Positions 37,754-49,688 of a DNA stretch of 64,000 nt are shown here, piece after piece. Positions within the stretch are counted from its first letter, which is position 1. Each line of letters begins with the position of its first letter. The translations under genes and the position numbers were made by a program. Origin of the DNA: Hemiscyllium ocellatum (taxonomy: Eukaryota); contig NC_083421.1 in the NCBI RefSeq assembly GCF_020745735.1, positions 64,533,001-64,597,000 on the forward strand, in the 5' to 3' direction. The notes beneath the pieces were generated by a model. It did not search any database, had not been told where the DNA came from, and was given only the letters and a program-made list of their open reading frames with translations.

Positions 37754-38779
37754 CTGATGACACCAATGAAAAGAATATTTTAAGTTAAGAAAACACTATA
37801 AACATTTTAAAAATAATTAGATCCACAAGCAAAGCCCAAGAGCAAGTGTCTCCTCTAGGTGAAGTGGGGTGAAAGTGTGTGGATTTATTGGGACAGGCAG
37901 ACTTCAGAATCTGTTTTAAAGTGATATATTCTGTGCTTGCCTAAATTTAGTACTTTTTATCATGTACATCATTAGCCAGGCGGAGTTGTTTGGTGAAGTC
38001 AGGATGTTTCTCTGGGGTTCAGACTGGAGGAGCTGGGAGACAAGACTGACGCTGTGCAGGTGGGTGTAAACACAGCGTGACGTGTTACACATGAAATTTA
38101 TATAATGAACAGTTGGTATGACTCTGGCTATTGTAGTGACTGCTGAGACCATTCTGTTCAGGCACGGTGGTTCATGCACGCACCGACCAATTGCTGATGC
38201 CATTCCAAAGTGCTCAGGGTGAAAAATTGCCAATTTTAATTTACACATAATAGACAAAGCATGATGATATAAAATGGCAGCTTCTGCTGAGTGAGTCAGC
38301 TGATGTCATCACTCAGGCACGGTATCGATCAGTGAGGCTGTAATAAATGCGGAGCTGGGAATTTATTCTGGAAATAGTTGACAGGAGGTCTTGGTTGTCA
38401 CTAATCAGAAGGCCATATCTGAATATCCAAAAACATCCCACTCCCTCCAAACAGTATCTGCCAGAGCCCTGCTCAGTATTCCCTCCCATCTCCTTTTGAA
38501 AGTTTCTGTTGTATCAGCTTCTACTGTCCTCTCAGGTACCACATTCCAGGTCACAATTCACTATCTGCAAAAAATTCTCATCTCCTTCTGGTACTTTTGC
38601 AAATGATCAGAAAACATGTCCTCTAGTTACCACTGCATGCCCTCTAGTTACCACTGCATTTACCAGAAGGACACAGGTTAGCACAATTGCAGATGTAAGC
38701 TTTTGTTCCTTGAGATATCATACTGAGAGTCAGCCCAACCTTGGCAATGGTACATCTTCCCTGTCATCAGCTTCTCGTA

Positions 38780-41335
38780 GGAGAACGTCAGGACTGCAGA
38801 TGCTGGAGATCAGAGTCAAGATTAGAGTGGTACTGGAAAAGCACAGCAGGTCAGGCAGCATCCGAGGACCAGGAGAATCGACATTTCGGGCATCAGCCCT
38901 GCATCAGGAATGAGGCTGGTGGGCCGGGAGACTGAGAGATAAATGGGAGGGGGCTGGGGTTGGGGGGTATGAGAAAGCGATAGGTAGATGATGGTGAGGG
39001 AAAAGGTGACAGGTCAGAGAGGGGGTGGAGCAGGTAGATGGGAAAGTTGAAAGACAAGTCAGGAGGATGGTGTTGAGTTGGGATTTGTGACTGAGATTGT
39101 GTGGGGAACGGGGAAATGAGGAAACTGTTGAAATCCACGTTAATCCCGTGTGGTTGCAGGGTCCCAAGGTGGAAGATGAGGCCTTCTTCCTCCAGGCATT
39201 GGGGGTAGGGGTTTGGGAATGGAGGAGGCCCAGGACCTACATGTTCTTGACAGAGTGGAGGGGACATTAAAGTGTTCAGCCATGGGGGCGGTGGGATTGG
39301 TTGATGCGGATGCCCCAGAGATGTTTTCTGAAATGATACACAAGTAGGCGTCCTGTCTCCCCGATGTAAAGGAGACCACATCGGGTGCAACAGGAACAGT
39401 AGCTGACATTGGTGGAGGTACAGGTAAATTTCTGTCAGATGTGGAAGGATCCTTTGGGGCTTTAGACAGAGGTGAGGGAAGTGGTGTGAGCGCAGGGTTT
39501 GCACGTCCTACAGTGGCGGGGAAGGTGCCAGGAGTGGGGGTTGGGCTGGTGGGGAGCTTGGAGCTGACAAAGGAGTCACGGAGGGAATGGTCTCTTCGGA
39601 ATGCTGATAGGGGTGGGGATGGAAATATGTTTCTGGTAGTGGGGTCTGTTTGTAGGTGGCAGAAGTGGCGGAGGATGATGTGATGTATGTGGAGGTTGGT
39701 GGGGTGAAAGGTGAGGACTGAGGGTTTCTGTCCTTGTTGCATTGGGAGGGGTGGGGTTTAAGGGCAGTGATGTGGGAAATGGAGGAGATGAGCTGGAGGG
39801 CATTGTTGACCACGTGGGAGGGGAAATTGCGATCTTGGAAGAAGGATGCCACCTGGGATTTTCTAAGATGGAACTGGTCATCTTGAGAATAGATCCAGCG
39901 GAGGCGGAGGAGTTGGGAATAAGGGATGGCATTTTTATAGGAGGTAGGGTGGGAATCGATGGGCTTGTAGTCGATGTCTGTGGTTAGTCGGTCGCTGGAG
40001 CTGGAGAGGTCCAGGAAGGGGAGGGAGGTGTCCGAGATGGTCCAGGTGAATTTGAGGTCGGGGTGAAAGGTGTTGGTGAAGTAGATGAACTGTTCAACCT
40101 CCTCGTGGGAGCTCAGGTAGCGCCAACACAGTCACTGATGTAGCGGAGGAACAGGTGGGGGTTGATGCCGATGTAGCTGTGGAAAATGGACTGTTCCACA
40201 TACCAGACAAAAGGCAGGCATAGCTGGGGTCCATGCGGGTGCCCATGGCTACCCCTTTGGTTTGGAGGAAGTGGGAGGATTGGAAGGAGAAGTTGTTGAG
40301 GGTGAGGACCAATTCAGCCAGGTGGATGAGGGTGTCAGTGGAAGGGTACTGGTTGGGATGGAGAGGGAGGAAGAAATGGAGGGCTTGGAGTCCTTCGTCG
40401 TGGCAGATTGATGTGGACAGGGACTAGATGTCCGTGATGAAGGTGAGGCGTTGGGAGCTGGGGAAACGAAAATCTTGGAGGAGGTGAAGGGCCTGGGTGG
40501 TGTCCTGAATGTAGGTAGGGAGTTCCTGGACTAAGGGGGACAAGATGGTGTCAAGATATGCAGAGATGATTTCAGTGGGACAGGAACTGGCTGAGACAAT
40601 GGATCCACCAAGGAAGTCAGGTTTGTGAATTTTTTGTAGGATGTATAAACGGGCTGTGTGGAGTTCACAGACAATGAAATTGGAAGCTGTGGAAGGGAGA
40701 TCCCCAGAAGTGATGAGGTTGTGGATGATCTGGGAGATGATGGTTTGGTGATGGGAGGTGAGGCCGTGGTCAGTAGGAGGAGGTGAGGCCGTGGTCAGTA
40801 GGAGGAGGTGAGGACGTGGTCAGTAGGAGGAGGTGAGGCCGTGGTCAGTAGGAGGAGGTAAGGACGTGGTCAGTAGGAGGAGGTAAGGACGTGGTCAGTA
40901 GGAGGAGGTGAGGACATGGTCAGTAGGAGGAGGTGAGGACATGGTCAGTAGGAGGAGGTGAGGACATGGTCAGTAGGAGGAGGTAAGGACGTGGTCAGTA
41001 GGAGGAGGTGAGGCCGTGGTCAGTAGGAGGAGGTGAGGACATGGTCAGTAGGAGGAGGTGAGGACATGGTCAGTAGGAGGAGGTGAGGACATGGTCAGTA
41101 GGAGGAGGTGAGGCCGTGGTCAGTAGGAGGAGGTGAGGCCGTGGTCAGTAGGAGGAGGTGAGGCCGTGGTCAGTAGGAGGAGGTGAGGACGTGGTCAGTA
41201 GGAGGAGGTGAGGACGTGGTCAGTAGGAGGAGGTGAGGACGTGGTCAGTAGGAGGAGGTGAGGACGTGGTCAGTAGGAGGAGGTGTCTGCGAGTTGGCAC
41301 CTGGCTTCAGCGGTGTTGAGTTCGGTGCGCCATTG
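38780..41335 (-). mobile_element. Penelope-like retroelement remnant (RT, GIY-YIG and pLTR)
   Basis: VLTLNNFSFQSSHFLQTKGVAMGTRMDPSYACL RT motif; LIFHLGTLQPHGINVDF C-terminus; pLTR with a decayed hammerhead at ~38880-38910. Confidence 0.85.
40754..41284. repeat. 25-bp minisatellite, about 21 copies (ggtcagtaggaggaggtgaggacgt)
   Basis: Tandem units embedded in the Penelope RT remnant. Confidence 0.95.
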
Positions 41336-41924
41336 TAGCTCCTTATAGTCATTTGGGTTGCTGCTACTTCAAACACAAACTGCATTGATATAGCACTTTT
41401 ACTGTGATAGAAATGTGCCAAAATACTTCACAGGAGCATTATTATACTGAGACAAATGAAGTAATGTTGGGATGGATGCCCATGTTTGGTCAAAGATACA
41501 TTGTAAGGAAAGTCTTGGAGGATGAAAGAGAAGAAGAGGCAGAGAATTTTAAGGAAGGAATTCCTGAGCTTATAGACCTGTTAGATAAAGGCACAGTCAC
41601 TAATACAGAGCAATTAAAAATGGTGATACTGAAGAGACCAGAATTAAAGTAGGTTACAGTGGTGCAGTAACTTGGGGATGATAGGTAGGAATCCAAAACA
41701 AGGAGTTTTAAAATCGAAGCATTGCTCGAGGTTACAGACTATAGAGCAAGGGATGCAGGAATGGTACACTGGCAATGCTGGGGTCGAGGGGTATCAGGCA
41801 CTGTTGGTAACTTCACTTACCGGCCTGACAGTCACACAGCAAAACTGGGGTCATTGTTAAATACAAGATAATTAAGTATAATTAAACTAATTAAATTAAG
41901 CAAAGGCATGATAAATGAGCTTAC

Positions 41925-42064
41925 TTTTTCCCATCAAGGTCAGAAAACCATCCCAGATTGTCTGCTATGATATGGTGATTGCTACACCCAGGGCACTTCA
42001 CAATGACCACTCCATTGTGATAGGCCAGTTTGGAGATCCTCTTCATAGATCTTGCTTGGCACAC
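41925..42064 (-). CDS. DNLZ: DNLZ exon 2 (zf-DNL core)
   Basis: [46 protein letters not shown]; 140 nt, phase 0 to phase 2. Confidence 0.96.
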
Positions 42065-43114
42065 CTGAAAGAAGATAAAATGCTTATTTGTACAGAAAGA
42101 CAGGGTAGCAATTCGGCTCCTTATGTTGCTTTCTGTCTAGTTCTATCCATCCCTCCTACACATTTTCAATTTTAATTCTTCTTTCTGGTAGCTAGTCCTC
42201 CCTGTTTGCACAGAACACAGAGCTCCGGCAAACAACCACAAAGTTTGTCGAGGTCACACAGCTAAGCACACCCCCGTTCAGGATTTGACACAAACTGCTT
42301 AGAGGTTGGAGCAAAATGTTCTGCTCCATTTGCCTTGAAATCATACTTGGCTCTTTGTCATTGTCAACAGGTTTTGGGTGGGTGGAAAACGTCTGTTTTC
42401 TAAAACACGAGGCATCACAGCAGTGTGGGATATATTGGCTGAATCAGTATGTCATTTACAATTTGTTATTTTCCGAAAGAGAAAATGCTGGAAAATCTCA
42501 GCAGGTCTGCAGCATCTGTAAGGAGAGAAAGGGTCAGTTAGACTCGAAACGTCAGCTCTTTTCTCTCCTTACAGATGCTGCCAGATCTGCTGAGATTTTC
42601 CAGCATTTTCTCTTTCGGTTTCAGATTCCAGCATCCGCAGTAATTTGATTTTATCTATTGTTATTTTCCATGTTTACCTAAATAACTCAAAGAAACCATA
42701 TTTGTACCTGCATATACAGCTAGATACTGCAGTGCCTGTTAAACTGAGTCAAGCTGAATGTATTATATCCACTATGTTCTCGACCCAAACCCTGGTTATT
42801 AAAATCAAACAATACTCAGAGAAACCCAGAAGCATGTTGTCAGTCACAACCAAGAAATGGTGTCAAAGACTCCCAAAAGGAAAAGGAAAAGCTGCTATAA
42901 GGAGGAAGCCATGGTGGCCACTTTGCAAACAGCAAGATCCTGCAAACAGCATGATAGATAACCAGATATTCCGCTTTTAATTGTGTTGCTTCATCAAAAA
43001 AAAATTGTCCCCAGGACAATGAGGACAAATCTCCCGCTGTTATGGGATTCTTTACATCGAATCAAGAAGACAGATTGGATATTCTGTCCACAAGATGGCA
43101 CCTCCAAAGCGCCC

Positions 43115-44250
43115 AAGCCCTCAGCATTGACCCTTTGACAGTGCGGCGCTCCCTCAGCACTGACCCTCCGATAATGCAGCACTCCCTCAGCACTGACCCT
43201 CTGACAGTGCAGCACTCCCTCAGCACTGACCGTCCGACAGTGCCCACTCCCTCAGCGCTGACCCTCCGAGAGGGCGGCACCCTCTCAGCACTGACCCTCT
43301 AACGGTGCGGCGCTCCCTCAGCACTGACCCTCCGATAATGCAGCACTCCCTTAGCACTGACCCTCCAACAGTGCAGCACTCCCTCAACACTGACCCTCCA
43401 ATAGGGCGGCACTCCCTCAGTATTGACCCTTTGACAGTGCGGCGCTCCCTCAGCACTGACCCTCCGACAGTGCAGCATTCCCTCAACACTGACCCTCCAA
43501 TAGGGCGGCACTCCCTCAGCACTGACCCTCTGACAGTGCAGCACTCCCTCAGCACTGACCGTCCGACAGTGCCCACTCCCTCAGCGCTGACCCTCCGAGA
43601 GGGCGGCACTCCCTCAGCGCTGACCCTCCGACAGTGCGGCACTCCCTCAGCACTGACCCTCCGACAGTGCGGCACTCCCTCAGCACTGACCCTCCGACAG
43701 TGCGGCATTCCCTCAGCACTGACCCTCCGACAGTGCGGCACTCCCTCAGCACTGACCTCCAACAGTGCGGCGCTACCTCAGCGCTGACCCTCCGACAGTG
43801 CGGCACTCCCTCAGCACTGACCCTCCGACAATGCGGAACTCCCTCAGCACTGACTCTCCGACAATGCGGAACTCCCTCAGCACTAACCCTCCGACGGTGA
43901 GGCGCTCCCTCAGCACATATCCTCCGACAGTGTGGCAATCCCTCAGCACTGACCCTCCGACAGTGTGGCACCCCCTCAGCACTGACTCACCGACAATGCG
44001 ACATTCCCTCTGCACTGAGCCTCCGATTGTGCCCATTCCCTCAGCACTGACCCTCCGACAGTGCGGCTCCTACAGCACTGACTTTCCGACAGTGTGGCAC
44101 TCCCCCAGCACTGACCCTCCGACAGTGCGGCATTCCCTCAGCACTGACCCTCCGACAGTGCGGCACTCCCTCAGCACTGACCCTCCGACAATGCGGAACT
44201 CCCTCAGCACTGACCCTCCGACAGTGCCCACTCCCTCAGCACTGACCCTT
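43115..44250. repeat. 33-bp minisatellite in DNLZ intron 1, inverted relative to 33095-33809
   Basis: (ctccctcagcactgaccctccgacagtgcggca)n. Confidence 0.95.
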
Positions 44251-44646
44251 TTGATATTTGCTTTCATCCTGTGAAGCTCATTCTGTTGGTCTCCAATGGA
44301 GCCCAGTACCATGTGTCTATTTCCCATCCCTGACTGAGTCAGCCATATTGGTGTGGGACTGGAGTCACATGTAATCCAGACCAAGGAGATTTCCCTCCCG
44401 AAAGGGGCATTAAATGAAGCTGCTGAGTTTTTATGTGAATTGCTGGTGGTGACTTGGTCACTGAGTTGAGTTTTTACAGAAATTAGTCCAGTTTTTTTTA
44501 CAAATATAACTGAAGTATCCGCAGGAGCAGTGGATCCCTGACCAAGTGAGAGTGTCTCCTCTCCCCCTGGAGGGGTTGGGGGGCTCTGGGGGATGTGAGG
44601 GGATTAGTCCCGGGGCCTGAAGCAGCTCCTGGAGCCGGGGCCTCAC

Positions 44647-44850
44647 CTTGCAGGTGTACACCAGCTGGTAGTGGCTGGCGGCGGCGGCCTGGGCAAGACC
44701 TGTCCCCGGAGCCCACCGCCGGCCACCGCCGCCCGGAGAAACGAGGAATCCGCGGCTTGGAGACCACCCGCGTCCCGAGGCCGCCCCCAGCAGCCGGGGG
44801 ACCGCGGCCGCCGCTCTCCCGAAGCGGCTGAACGCCAGGCCCAGGCTCAT
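44647..44850 (-). CDS. DNLZ: DNLZ exon 1 (mitochondrial presequence and start of zf-DNL)
   Basis: MSLGLAFSRFGRAAAAVPRLL...SHYQLVYTCK; Arg/Ala-rich N-terminus with no acidic residues; donor aag|GTGAGG. Confidence 0.93.
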
Positions 44851-44884
44851 GGCGCGCAACTAGGCCGCAGCTCGGTCACCATGG

Positions 44885-44975
44885 AAACCGCCACCCGCAC
44901 TTCCGGGTGGATGACGTCATGCCTGGAGGTTTTGGCGGGTTTCCCACTGGGTTAGTCTCGATCCAATGGGCCGAA
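44885..44975 (-). promoter_or_regulatory. DNLZ promoter
   Basis: CpG island; CCGGAAGTG on the minus strand at ~44898-44906; full CRE TGACGTCA at 44912-44919. Confidence 0.65.
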
Positions 44976-45439
44976 CGGACTCTGTGTGTTTTGTTTCAGA
45001 TTTGTGGTAGTTTAGGGTAAAGCGTCTTGTTGTTGAATGAAGACGGATCGGTTTGATGTACTTGAGATTCAAGATTAAAAATAATTCAGAAACCTGTGAT
45101 CATTTCTAATGCACAGATCAGAGTAAATGTGGTATTTATCTTGCCCGGTGTGAACTAAAGGCCTGGTGTTGGTGTGGACTGGGTTGGTCGGACTGAACTT
45201 CTGAACTTCATATGTTGGTTTTCTAATTCTTTTTCAGTAACGATTTGTACTGAAGAATCTGTAGCTTGGTCCTTATACCTGGGATGGAGCCATAAGTATT
45301 GATAAATAAACTTATCACTGTACTCCTTTGTGACAATAAAACTAATTCTAATGGCATTGTCCTAATGTCTAAACCAGACACCAGTAAAGGAGGGGAGGCA
45401 CCTGCTGGAGGTGTACCACAGTATGCCTCTGACAAGAAG

Positions 45440-46860
45440 GATGTATGAATCCATGAGGAAAGGTGTCATCACTCTCATCTACAGTTACAAGTTGGTGCAC
45501 AATTTCACTCCTGAATGCAGACTATAAAACCCTGTTTAAGGTGATCACCAACCAGGTCAGTTCTGTTCTGGGATTGGTGATCCGCCAAGACTAAACCTGA
45601 GCTGTACCGGGCAGTACCATCTCTGAGAGCCTCGTGCTTCTCAGGGATATGATCACCTATGTGCTGGACAGGGGGGTGGATACCTGCCTCATCAGCCTGA
45701 ACCAGGAGAAGGCCTTTGACAGGATATTGTACACCGACACGTGGGACGTACTCTCCAAAATGGGCTTTGCGGACGGAATCCACAATTGATCAAACTGCTT
45801 TACACCAACATCGGGTGCGAATCTGAAAGCTTCCCGATCAGATCCGGAGTCAGGCAGGGCTGCCCTCTCTCCCTCCTTGTTTATATGTTGTATAGAGATC
45901 TTTTCTGAGTCCATCAGGAAGGATGTGAGACGAGAGGGAGGATTATTCCAGGCAGCAGAGACCTGCAGGTTAAAGCCTCCCTGTATATGGATGATGTTGC
46001 TGTTTTCTGCTCAGTCGCTGAGAATGAACAGATTCTTGAGCATCTGTCACCAGTTCAAACTGGCCTCGGGAGCCAAGGTAAATCAAGGCAAAAGCGAGGC
46101 CATGTTCTTTGGGAATTAGGCCGACCGATCCATTATCCTCTTCACTGTCAGGATGGATCACCTGAAGGTGCTGGCACTATAGTTTGGAGGGGCCTCTGTC
46201 TAGTTCATGTGCAAAATCTTGGGAGGAGCACATCGCTAAGCTGAGGTAGAACACTGCTCCCTCTCCTGTTCCAGGTAAAAAGCTGGTCATCAGGTGTGAG
46301 GAACTCTCTGTTGTTGTATGTGGTGCAGAACTGGCCCATTCCCTGCAGTCACCCAATTTGTCCACCACTTTCACTTCATTTGATGGTTGAAGATGAACCG
46401 TGTCTGCAGGGTCACTATGTACAAAACTCAGACTAAGTGGGGAGCAATGTACCCAATACCACCTTCATCCTGATGACCACCTTTGTGTGTGCATGGATCC
46501 TCGGTACACAAACACGTAGTGTCACTATGTACTAAGGTTCTACCTGTCCCTGGTGTTGCAAAGGCCTGTCCTCGGTGCCACAGAACACCTCAAGGAGTTG
46601 GACCGTTCCATATCATCGTGCTTCAGGGAGAAATTTACAAAGAAAAACACCTTTGACCACAATCCATCAGGAAGTGGTCAACATGTGGCATCCCAAGACC
46701 CTTCAGGAAACAGAGAGGGTCGCATGGTTCAGGTCATTTGGCTGAATGCCTCATCACCAGAACTTTCCAACAAGCACCAAGACATCGCTTGGCTTGTGGT
46801 GAGAAGGGCACTGCCTGTAAGATCCTTCATGCACATCCAGTCTCTGTCTGCCCTCGAAGC
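45440..46860 (+). mobile_element. Tx1/L1-clade LINE RT pseudogene fragment
   Basis: NQEKAFDRI, RQGCPLSP, YMDDVAVF, ASGAKVNQGKSEAMFFGN and WLNASSPELSNKHQDIAWLVV, broken by frameshifts. Confidence 0.8.
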
Positions 46861-46869
46861 AACTGCAGT

Positions 46870-47300
46870 GGATAGAGGTAGCTGAGAAAGTGATAGGAGG
46901 ATGAAGGTGATGGAAAATGTGATAGGTCAGAGGGGGCAGTGATGGAGGCTTGGGACTGAGATAATGTGGGAGGGAGGGCAAACGCGGAAGCTGTTGAAAT
47001 CCACATTAATCCAGTGTGGTTGCAAGGTCCCAAGGCAGAAATACGAGGAGTTTTTCTCCAGGTGTCAGGTGGTAACAGGTTGGCGGTGGCCCTGGCCCAC
47101 ATCCTCATTCCTGATGAAGGGCCTATGCCTGAAACACTGACCCTCCTGCTCCTCAGATGCTGCCTGACCTGCTGTGCATCTCCAGCAACACTCTCATCTA
47201 GACTCTGATCTCCAGCATCTCCTTGTTGAAGGGGCAGCACTCTGAAAAGTTGTGATTTAAAATAAACCTGTTGGACTATACCCTGGTGACCTGTGACCTG
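46870..47300. mobile_element. Penelope pLTR fragments with a decayed hammerhead (47107-47138)
   Basis: attcCTGATGAagggcctatgcctGAAACact; taaacctgttggactata motif. Confidence 0.65.
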
Positions 47301-47364
47301 TGACCATGTCAGTCCCTCACTATCCACCCCCAAAGGGGGAATCTGGGATGGCCTGCCCCTTTAA

Positions 47365-47453
47365 GTGGAGATCTCGCGGCGCTTGGATGACGTCACGCGG
47401 GAGTTGGCGAGGTTAAAGGTGAATCCCAGCAGCACCCGCGCTCTTTTTCCGCC
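47365..47453 (+). promoter_or_regulatory. RPL7A promoter and 5' TOP
   Basis: TCTCGCG element (~47372), CRE TGACGTCA 47388-47395, polypyrimidine CTCTTTTTCC 47441-47450 just before gccATG. Confidence 0.8.
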
Positions 47454-47456
47454 ATG
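47454..47456 (+). CDS. RPL7A: RPL7A exon 1 (ATG only)
   Basis: ccgccATG|GTGAGT; an ATG-only first coding exon as in other vertebrate RPL7A genes. Confidence 0.9.
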
Positions 47457-48831
47457 GTGAGTTCTCTCTCGGTGTTATCCCGCTTCAGGCCCTGAGCCGT
47501 AATCCACTGCCATCCGCCTCCATGTCCACCACCCCGGCTCCTCTCCGCCCCCACCGCCATCCTCTGTTACTCTTCCACCCTGGCGCGCTTCCATTTCTAA
47601 CCGTGACGGCCCTGGGAGCGAGGATGCGGGAGTTGATGGTCCCCGGATTCATCTGTATCGCGGGGCGGAGGCTGTGACCCTTCACTGGGGCAGGGGGGTT
47701 GAGGGAAAGGGAAGGCCCCGATATGAAGCTTCCCATCCCGAAAGAGGGGGAGCATTGAGACAGCAACCTACTGCATTTGTTTGGCGCCTGTGCGTGTGGT
47801 GCCCTGGAGCCGAGGTTGTTGTTGTTTAATTTGGGAGTTTGTGTGGATGGCAGGGATTGGGAGGGGTTTACTGTTGGGGCTGAGTGTCCTCGGGTGGGCT
47901 GGCACCTGGAAATGGAGAATTAGGGCCGAATGTCCAGCCGGAGTCTCTCTGTAAACACTCCATTCTGTCCTTGCATCCTGTCAGTATCCATTGCGCTACA
48001 CAAATGCAGTCCTTGTCAGCAGTGACCTGACTCAGAGCAGAAAACCCGACTTGGCTGTGACTGCGGTCGAACTCCAAATTGTTAACAAGGCTCAACCTGA
48101 TAAATGTAGGAGCAGTGGTTCCCCCGAGCCAGGCGGGAGACCTGGGTCATGGGCTGTAGTCTCGGAATGTGCTGCAGGCTTTGTTAGTTTAGGACTGAGT
48201 GAAATTGGGAATTCTGTACCTCACTGGGCAGTCATTAAGTTCAGAAATCACTGGGTTCCTGGATATTAAAGACCTCAAAAGGTAGTGTGCAAACACAGCC
48301 AGGATCTCATTTCATAGTGAAGTGAGCTAAAGGGGCCTATTCCTGTTTTTTTTTCTGGTGGGAACTGATAGTCAGATGGTGTCCAGGCTAATTGACAGGG
48401 ATTTAAATTCCACTTCTCCACTTGCTGGAGTTTAAATTAATGAAATCTAGATTTGAAAGCTAATCTCACTAACTGTAATTGAATTTGTCATGTGTACTGA
48501 GGCACATTGCGACCAATACAGACAGGTCAGAGTTAAAGAATAATAGGTAAACAGTGGCAAAAACACAAGTATGGGCAATTGTTAACAGTTTTGAGTCCAT
48601 TCAGTATTCTAACAACAGTAGAGTACAAACTGTTTTGAATCCAGCTGGTGCATGTGAATTAACTCATGGTTACCTGGTTTGGTGTGTGGCTCCAGAGATG
48701 CAGTAAAGAGGTTAATTCATAACTTGGCTCCTATAAGTGAAAGAATCTGCCTGGTCTGGGGTGGGGTGAAGCCTGGGCTCCTGGTGGACCTGTGCTGTGA
48801 CCTTGCTAACCTGTGATTTCTGCTATTTCAG

Positions 48832-48952
48832 CCGAAAGGAAAGAAAGCCAAGGGGAAGAAGGTGGCCCCACCCCCTTCTGTCGTTAGGAAACATGAAGTT
48901 AAAAAGGTCGTGAACCCTCTGTTTGAGAAGAGACCCAAAAATTTTGGAATTG
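48832..48952 (+). CDS. RPL7A: RPL7A exon 2
   Basis: [13 protein letters not shown]...[17 protein letters not shown]; 121 nt. Confidence 0.97.
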
Positions 48953-49215
48953 GTGAGTTCAGGGATTGATTTGTGCATCTTCATCTTCCAGTGAAGGTGT
49001 GTGTGGAAGTTGCATCAGCTTGTTCATGGTGAGGTTGCTGCTGGGTTGGGTTTGTCCTGGGAAGTGGCCTTTCCTGTGGTCAGCCTTGAGTTTTGTTTAA
49101 TAATCGTTGTGGTGGTGCTGTAATTTGGAGATGGGCTTTTTCCATTTTGTTCATAGTCTTAAGATTTTGTAAAGGGACACTGATGTAAGCTAACAGCAGT
49201 GAGACTGCAGATGTT

Positions 49216-49507
49216 TTAGATTACTTAGTGTGGAAACGGGCCCTTTGGCCCAACAAGTCCACACTGACCCTGCGAAGAGCAACCCACCCAGACCCATTCC
49301 CCTACATTTACCTCTTCACCTAACACCACGGGCAATTTTAGCATGGCCAATTCACCTAACCTGCACACTTTTGGACTGTGGGAGGAAACCCACGCAGACA
49401 CGGGGAGAATGTGCAAACTCCACACACAGTTGCTCGAGGCAGGAATTGAACCCTGTCCTCTGGCGCTGAGAGGCAGCAGTGCTAACCACTCTGCCACCAT
49501 ACAGCCC
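49216..49507 (-). mobile_element. HE1-type SINE in RPL7A intron 2
   Basis: tRNA-like head and SINE tail. Confidence 0.8.
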
Positions 49508-49688
49508 AATGTTAATGGGTCAAACCAAAATTGCTGGACTGCCCTGTAGTTTGTTCAGTTGACAAGCATTGGGCTTGACAGTAAATATTACAGGGAATTC
49601 AAACTGTCCCATAATGTATGTGAAACACTCTGGGATCTTAGTAAAGTGTGGCATTTCCTCAAAGTGCATTTATATCTTTTTCCTGTAG

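Noticed and set aside
38261-38335. ATGATGA...CTGA resembling a C/D snoRNA
   Set aside because: It is antisense to the host intron and has no terminal D box or stem at a plausible distance.
49195-49540. Possible decayed second U24 in RPL7A intron 2 (tgcagatg...accaaaattgctg) split by a SINE
   Set aside because: Too short after removing the SINE, and it matches the Penelope pLTR motif gactgcagatgct...ttgctgga at least as well.
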